From assembly GCF_006345805.1 (NCBI RefSeq), contig NC_042997.1, positions 171,244,001-171,308,000 of the forward strand: a stretch of DNA of 64,000 nt, given 5' to 3'. Under the pieces are notes generated by a model that searched no databases, was not told the origin of the DNA, and saw only the letters and a list, made by a program, of their open reading frames with translations. The translations under genes were made by a program, and so were the position numbers. Of this stretch, positions 1 to 11,467 are shown in pieces; the first letter of the stretch is position 1, and the number at the start of each line of letters is the position of its first letter. The stretch comes from Octopus sinensis (lineage: Eukaryota).

Positions 1-68
1 TCCCTTTGTCTGTCCTTGTTTGTCCCTTCTATGTTTAGCCCCCTGTGGGCAATAAAGAAATAAGAAAT
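1..68 (+). mobile_element. 3' end of Nin/Deu-domain tRNA-derived SINE
   Basis: TTTGTCTGTCCTTGTTTGTCCC...TTTAGCCCC..GTGGGCAATAAAGAAATAAGAAAT tail, the same as the full copies at 16609 and 31053. Confidence 0.85.
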
Positions 69-123
69 TGTTGTATACAGTGCTCAGGTGCACTACAATT
101 AACGAGAAAAGAAAAAAATGCCA

Positions 124-275
124 TCAGTTGTACTGTGGGCAGATTTCAGGAAGTATGGAAAATTTGAAGGACATAGTGGAGTGACAGCTAACAACTGATG
201 CAGGTAGCATATTCCATGTTTCAAGAATTGTGAGCGTGAAAAAGTATTTCTGAAAGTCATGGGTGCTGTGTTGTT
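124..275 (-). mobile_element. CR1/L2-like LINE, RT C-terminal fragment
   Basis: Translation QKYFFTLTILETWNMLPASVVSCHSTMSFK resembles the conserved CR1 C-terminal motif FF..R....WN.LP..VV......FK. Confidence 0.65.
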
Positions 276-341
276 TTTTGATTTTTGGAACAGAAGAGGA
301 ATAAATATTTAGGAGCCAATCTCTTTCATTGTCTTGCATAG

Positions 342-431
342 TTCTCTGCTGACACTGATTGGCTGAAACTGACCAGTGTTGGTGTGTATGAAGTTCAGCC
401 AATCTTGTGTCCCTATCTATTTGCCTTAACT
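342..431 (+). CDS. Candidate exon of unidentified host gene (FSADTDWLKLTSVGVYEVQPILCPYLFALT)
   Basis: Acceptor ctttcattgtcttgcatag, donor ACT|gtaaga, 90 nt, open only in phase 0. Confidence 0.3.
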
Positions 432-809
432 GTAAGAAGTTTTTGTTTTTCTGTAAAATATTTAGTTTTTCCCTTCCTAGGGAACCATCTCCGGAGTAAC
501 AAGTCACTGGATCAGCCAAAATAGGCTACTGTATTCTTTTGTAATGTCGAGTATTTTTCTCCACTGGCTTTAAACCAATGGACACACACACACACACACC
601 ACACACACACACACACATACACACACATACATACATATGGAGCCTTGAATCTAGGTTAGAAACTGGCTCTTTCTCTATTGGCAAGAAATCTTGAAATAAA
701 AATGAACAATGACATACATACATACATACATACATACATACATACATACATACATACATACATACATACATACATAAATACATGCATACATTCATATGTG
801 TGTGTGTGT

Positions 810-1160
810 GTGTGTAGGCACAACTATGGTTAATGGTTAAGAAGCTTGTTTTGCAATGACATGGTTCATGGTTCAGTTCCTTTGCATGGCACTTTGAACA
901 CGTGTTTTCCACAAATTCCTTGGGCCAACCAATGTCTTGTGAGTGAATTTGGTTGATACGTGTTTGTGTTTGTGCCCCATCACTACTTGACATCTAGTGC
1001 TGATTTGTTTACATTCCTTTAACTCAGTGGTTCAGCAAAAGAGACCAGTAGATTATGCTCCAGACTAAAAATAAAATAACTTGCATCAATTTGTTCACTT
1101 AAACCCTTCAAAGCAGTGTTCCACTATGGCCACAATCCAATGACTGAAATAAGTAAAAGA
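810..1160 (+). mobile_element. CORE-domain tRNA-derived SINE (diverged copy)
   Basis: tRNA-like head, GGCACTTTGAACACGTGT CORE-like box, 3' tail GACTGAAATAAGTAAAAGA. Confidence 0.75.
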
Positions 1161-1248
1161 TATATATAATAATTAATAGCAACAGAAGTAGAATTAAACC
1201 CAAAAGGCAATCTTTATATCCAACTTAATGTAGATGTCTTGTTATAAC

Positions 1249-1664
1249 ACTGAATGCTACATTATTTACTTTGAGAGAACCTCTCATATGGTGCCTATAA
1301 AGCACTGATATTTACATCGGTGACAGATGAGAATCATATGCTATGCATGCTGGAACTGCCAGACCATGTGATTTCCACCTGCTTGGCCTCTTCAGTGGCA
1401 GTGATCCAGTAGCAGCATAACAGTTGAAACTGATTGTCAATGATACATAGAATTTCAGTGTGTTTTCAGGCACTAATTTGACAAATAGCCATACAGGGAC
1501 AACTGCTACTGAAGAGATCAAGCAGGTCAAAATCATGTGATCTGACAGTTCTGGCACCCATAGCAGATAATTTTTTAATCTGCCAGTGATATAAATATGA
1601 GTGCTTTTATGCATCATGCCTTCATAAGAGAGGTCCTCTCAAAATAAATAATGCAATATTCAGT
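1249..1664. mobile_element. MITE with ~37-bp imperfect terminal inverted repeats
   Basis: ACTGAATGCTACATTATTTACTTTGAGAGAACCTCTC versus the reverse complement of GAGAGGTCCTCTCAAAATAAATAATGCAATATTCAGT. Confidence 0.7.
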
Positions 1665-1995
1665 TTTTGCATTTGGTTTGCAAGATTCTTTATGTGAGCT
1701 TGTGTGTTGAAGCATATTTTGTTGTATCTGGGGAGAGTCATTCTCTTTTGGCGCCTTATAGTTTAACACACTCACCGGTAAAATTTCCACTTATTTCTTT
1801 TTTCTTTTTTTTTCTTTTTCTAAAATTTTATCATTGTGTCTTGCAACCTTTTCAATAGTTTTGAAAAGGTTACAAGGCACAATGAAAATTTTAGAATAAT
1901 AAAAAAATAAAATAAAAAAGAAATAAGTGGAAATTTTACCAGTGAGTGTGTTAAATTATAAGCCACCAAAAGAGAATGACTCTCCCCAGATACAG
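1665..1995. repeat. Foldback palindrome of a recurrent, probably hAT-end-derived repeat family
   Basis: Arms 1723-~1855 and ~1858-1994 are inverted; motif TCTGGGGAGAGTCATTTTCTTTTTGTGCCTTATAA recurs at 3982-4345, 37262-37340 and 61500-62225. Confidence 0.8.
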
Positions 1996-2056
1996 AGGTA
2001 TTTAGTGTTCTAACACAACCTCCATGTTAAGTTGTATATAAAGTTTGCATTTTGAC

Positions 2057-2091
<35 letters not shown>

Positions 2092-2094
2092 TCA

Positions 2095-2330
2095 CATGAT
2101 CACATGACTGACCAGACTATCAAATGTTGTTACTCATCACTGGTCACGATGTGTTTTACATCGCCTGGCTAAGTGAGAAGCTAACATTCTCCTGCTGATT
2201 GAAAAGGGGACTGAATGAATGTGAAACAAATTGTTTTGCCTAAGAGCACAATATACCACCTGGTCTGGGAATCGATCCCATGAATCTAGTGATCATCAGT
2301 GCAAAGGCCTAACCACTAGTTCACATATAT
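2095..2330 (-). mobile_element. tRNA-derived SINE (further family)
   Basis: Reverse strand shows TAGTGGTTAGG (A-box-like), GGATCGATTCCC (B-box-like) and a CORE-like TCTTAGGCAAAAC. Confidence 0.6.
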
Positions 2331-2492
2331 GTGTGTGCGTGTACACACACTTCCTGAATATACTTACTTATATAGCCAGGTATACATCATCATCTTCAGC
2401 ATTTTTACCTCCACTTTTCCATAGTATGAGTTAGAGGGGCTCTTTTATGGCACAGTTTTATAACCAGATTCCTTTACCCACACCAGCCTTTC

Positions 2493-3063
2493 TATTGGGT
2501 TGTCCAGAAAGTTCGTGCCGATTTATTGTAGCTTACCTCTCGACTTCAATTTAGAACATGGTTGAGTCCATAAAATAGAATTTGGCTACACCTCCATTTA
2601 GAGAACAGTTTAAGCTATCTTTTCATGGAAGAAGGTTTATGTTCCTATGACCTGTGTTAATTCTGTAACCCTTTAAAATGGAAGATAAGAAAGTTCATTT
2701 CCGGCACTTGATGCTTTGGGAACCAGACAAAAATTGCTGCAGCTCGGCTAGGATGTGTTACCCCACCCTCCATATTCACCAGATATTGCTCCTTTGGATT
2801 TCTACTTATTCAGGTCTCTGCAGAATAGTCTTAATGGTAAAAATTTCAATTCCTTGGATGACGTAAAAAAATACCTTGATGAATTCTTTGCCATGAAACC
2901 ACCTCAATTCTGTGAAGAGGGTATTTTCAAGTTAAAGGAAAGATGGAGACACATTGTGCAACAAAATGGTTCATATTTGGTTGATTAAAAATGTAATGGT
3001 AAGTATTTATTTACCTTTTTCTTTCCTTTAAAAATTGGCATGAACTTTTCGGACAACCCAATA
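2493..3063 (+). mobile_element. Internally deleted mariner transposon
   Basis: TIRs TATTGGGTTGTCCAGAAAGTTCGTGCCGATTT / AAATTGGCATGAACTTTTCGGACAACCCAATA with TA ends; N-terminus MEDKKVHFRH fused to C-terminus LPHPPYSPDIAPLDFYLF (YSPDLAP motif). Confidence 0.95.
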
Positions 3064-3482
3064 GTTTGCTCTTAAGACTTGTTATATAAGTAAATCAATA
3101 TGAATGTTTACATTCATTTAATCATTTTATGCAAGGATATATTTATACCTGTAGGTATGTATGAAGATGTTGACATTTGTTAACTAATATTTTTTTTAGC
3201 AACTTAGTGTAAAAAGCTTGCTTTATATTTTAATTGATTAATATGTAAGAGAAATAATGAGGATAAAGAGAAATGGAGGTGAGAAGGAAAGATCAGGGAT
3301 AGGATGATAAATAAGGATGAGAAAGAGAGATAAAGAATAGTCAGAGAAATAAGAGGGAGAAAGAGAAACGTGGGAGGAGGGGAAAGAAAAAAGTTGAAAC
3401 AAGTTGAAAATGATAAGGGGCAAGAGAAACAAGAGAGGAGTAGGGGGAGTAAGAGACACAAATGAAATAGAAATAGCTCACA

Positions 3483-3521
<39 letters not shown>

Positions 3522-3981
3522 ACACACACATGCATGCACACGCACATACACTCTCATTCACTCGTACAATTTGACAATTCCTGAGGGTCTCTTCATAGAC
3601 TGAAAAACATTCCATTAAAACTGTTAGCACTTGCAAAACAGTCATGCTTATCCTTCATCAATTTACCTTTTCTCTCATTCTCTTTTCTCTCTTTTTTTCC
3701 TCCTTACTCTCTCTCTCTCTCTCACTAGTTCTCTCATCATTCACTCACTCCACATTCACACATAATATACACACATAACAATGGATTGTTTAAACAAATG
3801 TTATTCTATTCATTATTATACTATGTTTTATTGACCTTTTAGCTGTGATACTATTGAATAATTGTTGCTATTATTCCGAATTATTGATCTTATGAAGTTA
3901 TTTTTCTTTTTTCTTTTTATATAATCTTTGCTGCTCTAATAAGCATTTCTTTCCTCTCTACCTATATATCTATCAAGTCTT

Positions 3982-4345
3982 ATTCTGTTGTGTCTGGGGA
4001 GAGTCATTTTCTTTTTGTACCTTATTTAACACTTCACCGGTAGAATTTCTACTTGTTTCTTATTTTTATTTTCAGAGACTATTGAAAAGGTTGCAAGACG
4101 CAATGATAAAATTTTAGGAAAATAAAAATAAGAAATAAGTGGAAATTTTACCGGTGAGAGTGTTAAATTATAAGGCCCAAAAAGAAAATGGCTCTCCCCA
4201 GAGACAACAGAATATGCTTCAACACACGAACTCACATAAAGAATCTTGCAAACCAAATCCAAAAACGAAATATGTCTTTCCTCTCTACTCTTATTCTGTT
4301 GTGTCTGGGGAGAGTCATTTTCTTTTTGTGCCTTATAATTTAATA
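3982..4345. repeat. Foldback family copy (arm, inverted arm, arm)
   Basis: Same TCTGGGGAGAGTCATTTTC motif appears forward, reverse, then forward again. Confidence 0.75.
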
Positions 4346-4519
4346 CACTTTGCAAAGCATTTTTGCTGGACATACTAACAATTCTGCCAACTTACTGCCT
4401 TAATAATAATTATAATCCTTTCTACCAAAGGTACAAGGCCTGAAATTTGGGGAAGGGGACTAGTCGATTACGTCAACCCTAGTGTTTCACTGATACTTAA
4501 TTTATCGACCCCAAAAGGA

Positions 4520-4952
4520 TGCTGGGTTACAAATATACGAACCCCAATAAACCCATCATGACTACTTATGTGATAAGGGTACACCAGATACATGCATCAC
4601 AACCATTTTGTATGCAACATAGTGATTTCATACTAAGATAAGAAGCTCGTAACTTTACTGGGGGGGGGGCAAGTTAGAATTTTCTTCAGGCTGCGTAGCC
4701 CATCCTACTGAAAAGGTCCCTGGACAAGGGTTGCTTAAGGTTGATGAACATTTAATCTATGTTTCCAGAAGTGAATTATTCAAGCTCCAAAGAATTCTTC
4801 AACACATGATTATGATCCTCCCCCACTATTCCTGCTCATGATCAGAGATGAACACATAGTGTCAACCACTGAGGGTCATTCTCAACTGGTTAAGGTCAAG
4901 TCACTGACAAGCAAATCTGCAGAATATTTGCCATAACCAATCTTTTACACCA

Positions 4953-4955
<3 letters not shown>
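4520..4955 (-). mobile_element. Unclassified interspersed repeat, second copy of 14925-15470
   Basis: High similarity to 14958-15378 over ~420 bp; orientation is inferred only. Confidence 0.7.
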
Positions 4956-4986
<31 letters not shown>

Positions 4987-4987
4987 T

Positions 4988-5198
4988 GTTTCTTTATTAC
5001 CCACAAGGGGCTAAACACAGAGGGGACAAACAAGGACAGACAAACGAATTAAGTCGATTACATCAACCCCAATGCGTAACTGGTACTTAATTTATCGTCC
5101 CTGAAAGGATAAAAGGCAAAGTCGACCTCGGCGGAGTTTGAACTCAGAACGTAACGACAGACGAAATACGGCTACGCATTTCGCTGCCAGCTCGTCGC
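4988..5198 (-). mobile_element. Nin/Deu-domain SINE
   Basis: Reverse complement of GTTCTGAGTTCAAA..CGCCGAGGTCGACTTTGCCTTTTATCCTTTCAGGGACGATAAATTAAGTACCAG. Confidence 0.9.
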
Positions 5199-5744
5199 AA
5201 TTATAATAATGACACCAAATATCTAAGAGTACATTATTCAGTATGTCTGGAAAGAAAAATGTACCAAACACTCATGGCTGGTATAACTTTGATCTTAGAT
5301 CTTTTCACTTTTGGTGGTCTTCTGGCTGGCTGAACAACAACAATTACAATTTACAAACAATGAGAGAGCATTTACATAGACGTGTGGAATCTATTTAGTA
5401 TCAGGAGCAAGTTGTAAGTTCATTTGTATGTGTGTGTGTGTCTGTATGTGGGGGGAGGTGTTGCTTGTGTGCTGAGAAGAATAATGAATCTTTAATTTTA
5501 CAAATTCATTGGTAAGTCTCTTAGTTAAATTATTGTGTTAGTCATGCACTGTGGTCAGTTAAATCAAATAAACCTCTTTCTCCCAAATTGTAAGGCCTTC
5601 TGCTTATGTTTATAAATTAGAATTAGTAGTAGCTTGCTAGTCAGCAAGCTGGTAGGATTGCTAGCATGTTGCACAAAATGCTTAGCAGTATTTCTTTAGG
5701 TTTGTTATATTTTGATTGAGTTCAAATTCTATCACAGGAATGGC

Positions 5745-5809
5745 TGTGTGGTAAGTAGCTTGCTTACCAACCACATGGTTCCGGGTTCAGTCCCACTGCG
5801 TGGCATCTT
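5745..5809 (+). mobile_element. 5' half of a CORE-SINE split by an inversion
   Basis: GGAATGGCTGTGTGGTAAGTAGC...CCACTGCGTGGCATCTT stops at the CORE box; the matching 3' half lies inverted at 8105-8431. Confidence 0.8.
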
Positions 5810-5813
5810 ATAT

Positions 5814-6237
5814 GTGCTATATGACTCCTGTCATCTACCACCTTGCTAAATAATAGGGATTTCTAAGACTGATACAGAGCTGCATATTTTATGTGAGGGC
5901 TTTGTCAAATTGAACCCAGTTTATTGTTAGAATTGGGTTCAATTTTATAGTTTATAGTTTATAGTTATAAACCCAGTTATAGCTGATTAATAGTTATTTT
6001 ATCAACTCCCCAAAAACATAAAATGTGAAGTCAACATTTGACATGGCTTGAACTGAGAATTTAAAAGAAAATTACAAAATATCATAAGGAATTTAGTCTG
6101 AAATTCTACCAATTTTGTCATTTACCATGTTGCATATAATGGTTTCAAATTTTGAAACATGGCCAGCAGTTTTAGGAGAAGGGATAAGTCAATTATCATC
6201 ATCATCATCATCGTTTAACGTCCGCTTTCCATGCTAG
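5814..6237. repeat. 424-bp near-perfect inverted duplication, arm 1
   Basis: Reverse complement of 8430-8853; I see one mismatch. Confidence 0.95.
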
Positions 6238-6740
6238 CATGGATTGGACGATTTGACTAGGGACTGGCGAACCAAATGGCTGCACCAGACTCCAATCTGA
6301 TCTGGCAGAGTTTCTACAGCTGGATGCCCTTCCTAATGCCAAACAGTCCGAGAGTGTAGTGGGTGCTTTTACGTGCCACCAGCACGTGGGCCAGTCAGGT
6401 GGTACTGGCAACGGCCATGCTCAAATGGTGCTTTTTATGTGCCACCTGCACAGGAGCCAGTCCAGCAGCTCTGGCAATGACCTTGCTCCAATGTTTTTTC
6501 ACGTGCCACCAGCACAAGTGCCAGTAAGGTGACGCAGGTAATGATCACGCTCGAATGGTGTTTTTAACGTGCCACCGGCACAGAGGCCAGCTTGTTACTC
6601 TGGCAACGATCTCACTCATATCGTACTCTTAGCGCTCCACTAGCACGGATGCCAGTCATCGAATTTGATTTTGATTTCAATTTCACTTGTCTCAACAAGT
6701 CTTCGCAAGCAGAGTTTAGTGTCCAATGAAGGAAAGAAAA
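6195..6740 (-). mobile_element. RTE LINE 3' end with ~62-bp hairpin-unit array
   Basis: (GAT)n tail, RTE-type 3'UTR GGAAGGGCATCCAGCTGTAGAAAC on the minus strand, about five GTGCCACC..GCCAG..CTGGC units, ORF-end remnant. Confidence 0.85.
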
Positions 6741-7199
6741 TTTATCCTAATGCTCAGCTGGTACTATAAGGTAAGCCATAATAATGAGACTCATTTTAAA
6801 TGCTAGTGTCTTAGATTATAAAAATGACATAGAGTACCAAATACATTTATTACAAACTGATATACAGGATTTAAACATATAATCTAAGATTTTACTACTC
6901 TTTATGGGTAGTTGGTGTTGGTGACTCTTATAATGTCATGAACTCCAAAACAAATTACATACATATTTGAAGCATACATCATCAGCCAAAGATCCATCAT
7001 TGCAGCCCAAAGAAAATTCCGACAGTCTTTTGGAAAGCAATGGGCACCATTTCTGTGAGAAAGGCAATTGCAGCCATTCCAGTTGATATACTAAGCCACA
7101 ATGTGCTTGATATGAGAAAGCGAACTCAAGAATGTTCTATTCATGGTAATGACCATCTCCAAGATGTATATTCAAATCTTAGATATGTTGAACTGTATA

Positions 7200-7455
7200 T
7201 CATCATCATCATCATCATCATTGCTTAACGTCCGCTTTCCATGCTAGCATGGGTTGGATGATTTGACAGAGGTCTGGTGAACCAGATGGCTGCACCAGGC
7301 TCCAATCTGATCTGGCAGAGTTTCTACAGATGGATGTCCTTCCACTCCAAGAGTGTAGTGGGTGCTTTTATGTGCCACCGGCATGAGGGCTAGTCAGCGG
7401 TACTGGCAATGGCCATGCTCAAATGGTGCTTTTTATGTGCCATCTGCACAGGATC
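7200..7455 (-). mobile_element. RTE 3' end (5'-truncated)
   Basis: Same 3'UTR and tail as 6195-6740. Confidence 0.85.
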
Positions 7456-7494
7456 CACATACTCACACACATATATATATAGCACCAACTGTTC

Positions 7495-7840
7495 ATGGTC
7501 GTTGCCAGCCTACCCTGGCACCTAAAAAGCACCATCCGTATGTGGCCGATGCCAGCGTCGCCTTGACTGGCTTCCGTGTCGGTGGCACGTAAAAACCACC
7601 AACTGATTGTGGCCGTTGCCTGCCTTCCCTGACACCTGTGCCAGTGGCATGTAAAAAAGCACCCACTACACTCACGGAGTGGTTGGTGTTAGGAAGGGCA
7701 TCCAGCTGTAGAAACACTGCCAGATCAGACTGGAGCCTGGTGCAGCCTCCTGGTGTAGCCTCCTGGCTTCCCAGACCCCGGTCAAACCGTCCAACCCATG
7801 CTAGCATGGAAAGCGGACATTAAATGATGAGTATGATGAT
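7495..7840 (+). mobile_element. RTE 3' end (5'-truncated), divergent from 7200-7455
   Basis: GGTTGGTGTTAGGAAGGGCATCCAGCTGTAGAAAC...CATGCTAGCATGGAAAGCGGACATTAAATGATGA. Confidence 0.85.
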
Positions 7841-7867
7841 ATATATATATATATATATATATAGCAC

Positions 7868-7941
7868 CAGGTGGTGCTATTAAGTTAGATATGGCCTGGG
7901 CCAATAATGGCCGAAACCTATCAAAGTATCAAAGTATCAAA

Positions 7942-7945
<4 letters not shown>
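7868..7945 (+). mobile_element. Extreme 3' end of CR1-like LINE inside (TA)n
   Basis: Matches 44845-44905; stem-loop GGCC-AATAAT-GGCC followed by (TCAAAGTA)n tail. Confidence 0.6.
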
Positions 7946-8000
<55 letters not shown>

Positions 8001-8104
8001 TTATGCAATAAATATATTTGGTACTCTATATCATTTTTATAATCCAAGATACTAGCATTTAAATCATGTACCATCATTATTTTATCACCATCATGTGCAA
8101 GAAA

Positions 8105-8431
8105 GCCAAAATTGACTCTTTTTACTCTTTTACTTGTTTCAGTCATTTGACTGTGGCCATGCTGGAGCACCGCCTTTAGTCGAGCAAATCGACCCCGGGA
8201 CTTATTCTTTGTAAGCCCAGTACTTATTCTATCGGTCTCTTTTGCTGAACCGCTAAGTGACGAGGACGTAAACACACCAGCATCGGTTGTCAAGCAATGC
8301 TAGGGGGACAAACACAGACACACAAACACATATATATATATATACATATATACAACGGGCTTCTTTCAGTTTCCGTCTACCAAATCCACTCACAAGGCTT
8401 TGGTCGGCCCGGGGCTATAGCAGAAGACACT
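8105..8431 (-). mobile_element. 3' half of the split CORE-SINE (inverted)
   Basis: Minus strand begins AGTGTCTTCTGCTATAGCCCCGGG, where the 5745-5809 half ends minus ~5 nt. Confidence 0.8.
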
Positions 8432-8853
8432 AGCATGGAAAGCGGACGTTAAACGATGATGATGATGATGATAATTGACTTATCCCTTCTCCTAAAACTG
8501 CTGGCCATGTTTCAAAATTTGAAACCATTATATGCAACATGGTAAATGACAAAATTGGTAGAATTTCAGACTAAATTCCTTATGATATTTTGTAATTTTC
8601 TTTTAAATTCTCAGTTCAAGCCATGTCAAATGTTGACTTCACATTTTATGTTTTTGGGGAGTTGATAAAATAACTATTAATCAGCTATAACTGGGTTTAT
8701 AACTATAAACTATAAACTATAAAATTGAACCCAATTCTAACAATAAACTGGGTTCAATTTGACAAAGCCCTCACATAAAATATGCAGCTCTGTATCAGTC
8801 TTAGAAATCCCTATTATTTAGCAAGGTGGTAGATGACAGGGGTCATATAGCAC
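8430..8853. repeat. 424-bp inverted duplication, arm 2
   Basis: Reverse complement of 5814-6237. Confidence 0.95.
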
Positions 8854-9067
8854 TAAACAAAATACAAGATATTTTGTTCTCTCCTACTTGCATGAGTCAG
8901 ATGGAATTTGTTGAAGTAGAATTTTCTACAGCCAGATGCCCTTCCTGCCACCAATCTTCACCTGTTTCCAAAAACAAGGTATGATTTTATGGAAGATTGG
9001 AAATGAAGGACTCTATTTGCATCATGGTGACATTTGTTTACCACTATCACATGAAGCGAAGGCAAGT

Positions 9068-9099
<32 letters not shown>

Positions 9100-9177
9100 A
9101 ATATAAGGATGGTATTATTAAAATACCATCACAAGTGGTAAGCGAATTATCAGCCATACAGGCAAATTGATAAAATA

Positions 9178-9567
9178 TATACATACAATATTAGATATGT
9201 ACATATATACACAAACGTACTACATGAGTACCTATATCGCTAATGATAGAAGTCAAAAAATACTTCTGTACCCACCGAATAGTCACAAAAGATAGGAAAA
9301 AATATCAGTGAACAATAATAATGTCTTACCTCTACTGGGTCAGAACAAGTAAATTTCAAAAACGGTAGCAGGTTAACCAGCATTTACTTGTTCTGACCCA
9401 TTTGAGGCAAGACATTATTATTGTTCACTGATATTTTTTCCTATCTTGTCTCTAAATAGATTTGTGACTATTTGGTGGTACAGAAATATTTTTTGACTTC
9501 TATCATTAGCGATATAGGTACTCATGTAGTACCCTTGTGTATGTATGTACATATCTAACGTATGTAT
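9178..9567. repeat. Long hairpin: ~175-bp inverted arms around a ~30-nt loop
   Basis: GTACTACATGAGTACCTATATCGCTAATGATAGAAGTCAAAAAA... is inverted at 9490-9535; innermost pair GGGTCAGAACAAGTAAAT / ATTTACTTGTTCTGACCC. Confidence 0.9.
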
Positions 9568-9777
9568 ATATTTTATATATATGTATGTATAAGAGTATTC
9601 AGCAGACTTTTTTCAGTTTCATTCTACCAAATCCACTCACAAAGCTTTGGTCAGCTTGAGGCTATAGTAGAAGATACTTGCCTGAGGTACCACACATTGG
9701 GATTGAACCTGAGACTATGTGGTTTAGAAGCTAACCTCTCACCACAAAGCCATACTTGTGCTTATTATATATATTTG

Positions 9778-9945
9778 AACTCGGCGGAGTTTAAATTCCG
9801 CTGAGGTTGACTTTGCCTTTCATCCTTTTGGGGTCAATAAATAAAGTACCAGTTTCGCACTGGAGTCGATATAATCAACTTAATCCGTTTGTCTGTCCTT
9901 GTTTGTCCCCTCTATGTTTAGCCTCTTGTGGTTAGTAAAGAAATA
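9778..9945 (+). mobile_element. Nin/Deu-domain SINE (5'-truncated)
   Basis: GAGGTTGACTTTGCCTTTCATCCTTTTGGGGTCAATAAATAAAGTACCAG. Confidence 0.85.
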
Positions 9946-10289
9946 TATATATATATATGTGTGTTATGTGTATGTGTATGTGTATGTGTATTTGTGTGTG
10001 TGTGTGGCTTGACAATCAGCGTTGGCTTGTTTACATTCTCATGACTTAGTGGTTCAGCAAAAGGTACCAGTAGAATAAATACTGGGGTCATTTTTTTTGA
10101 CTAAACCCTTCAAGATGGTGCCCCAGCATGGCTGCAGTTCAATGACTGAAACAAGTAAAAGATACAGAGATTCCCTTTTTTGGCTAATAAAATTTGGGGA
10201 GTCCTATGATCACTTAATCAAAAAATATATATTTTTAAAAAAATACTTTTGTTGTTTTTGTAAAATCTCAGACGATAATTAAAAATTCA

Positions 10290-10690
10290 CATTTTTTGTC
10301 AAAATTATTTCGTTATATTTGTCTATCTATCCAACTGTAAACATTTTAAATAGTTCTAGATATTTTTGTCAATCACTGGAATTTTTGAGATTGTGAATTT
10401 CTCTCCCGATTTTCTGGTAGGAATTAACAGTTCAAGTTTGTATTTGATGTAGGAGGTGCCTATTTGTATAACCATGTTCTTGCCTCTTTGTGTGGGTTTT
10501 TGATGAGTGTGCTAACTGAATTTCCTTGATGTGGGAGTGTTGGCAGGCAACTTGAAGCTAACAAGATGCGTGGTGTGACAGTTCTTGTCGATGATTCTAA
10601 TTACATTGTATATATAGCATCACAGCCTGTTTTGTGGTTTATGTTGTATATGGATGTTTGCAAGTGTTTTGTTTCTCTTTAGATTATTTC
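10290..10690 (-). pseudogene. Decayed retroelement coding remnant, possibly a Penelope-like linker region
   Basis: Minus-strand peptides TLPHQGNSVSTLIKNPHKEARTWL and TRKSGEKFTI loosely resemble PLE RT-endonuclease linker; many stops. Confidence 0.25.
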
Positions 10691-11087
10691 ACTGTTATTT
10701 CCATATTTAGTTCGCTTGTTGCTTAGACGCCTTTATGCTGTGCTGGATGTATGTATGCATTTGTCTGCACATCAGCACACATGTGAATGCTTGCTATATA
10801 TTCTTTGTCTCTATGAGTATATACAAACATGTACATGCACACACACAAATACAAACATACTCACATACACACACTCACATACACAATTGGTATCCAGCTG
10901 TGATATTACGCTTTAATGTTTTATATTGATGATATCACTTTTCTTCACTCTTCTTTGAAGATATTTATATTTATATTAATTCTTGTAGTTGCAATTTTCA
11001 GATTACATCATATCTACAAAATATTTCTTGTCCATTTAGAAAACTGTTCTAAGACAATAATCTATGACACTTTACTAATTATATTAA

Positions 11088-11467
11088 ATAGGAGTGGCTG
11101 TGTGGTAAGTAGCTTGCTTACCAACCACATGGTTCTGAGTTCAGTCCTACTGCATGGCACCTTGGGCAAGTGTCTTCTACTATAGCCTAGGGCCGACCAA
11201 AGCCTTGTGAGTGGATTTGGTAGACGGAAACTGAAGGAAGCCCGTCGTATATATGTATATGTATGTGTGTGTGTTTGTGTATCTGTCTTTGTCCCCCCAA
11301 CATTGCTGGTGTGTTTACGTCTCCATAACTTAGGGGTTCGGCAAAAGTGACCAATAGAATAAGTATTAGGCTTACAAAGAATAAGTCCTGAGTTGAGTTG
11401 GTTGACTAAAGGCGGTGCTCCAGAATGGTCGCAGTCAGTTGACTGAAACAAGTAAAAGAGTAAAAGG
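11088..11467 (+). mobile_element. CORE-domain SINE, full length
   Basis: GGAGTGGCTGTGTGGTAAG head, GGCACCTTGGGCAAGTGTCTT CORE box, internal (TA/TG)n, (AGTAAAAG)n tail. Confidence 0.9.

Noticed and set aside
3575-3610. Hammerhead-like CTGAGGG-TCT..AGAC-TGAAA
   Set aside because: Core lacks A9 and I cannot form stems I and III; at most a decayed pLTR
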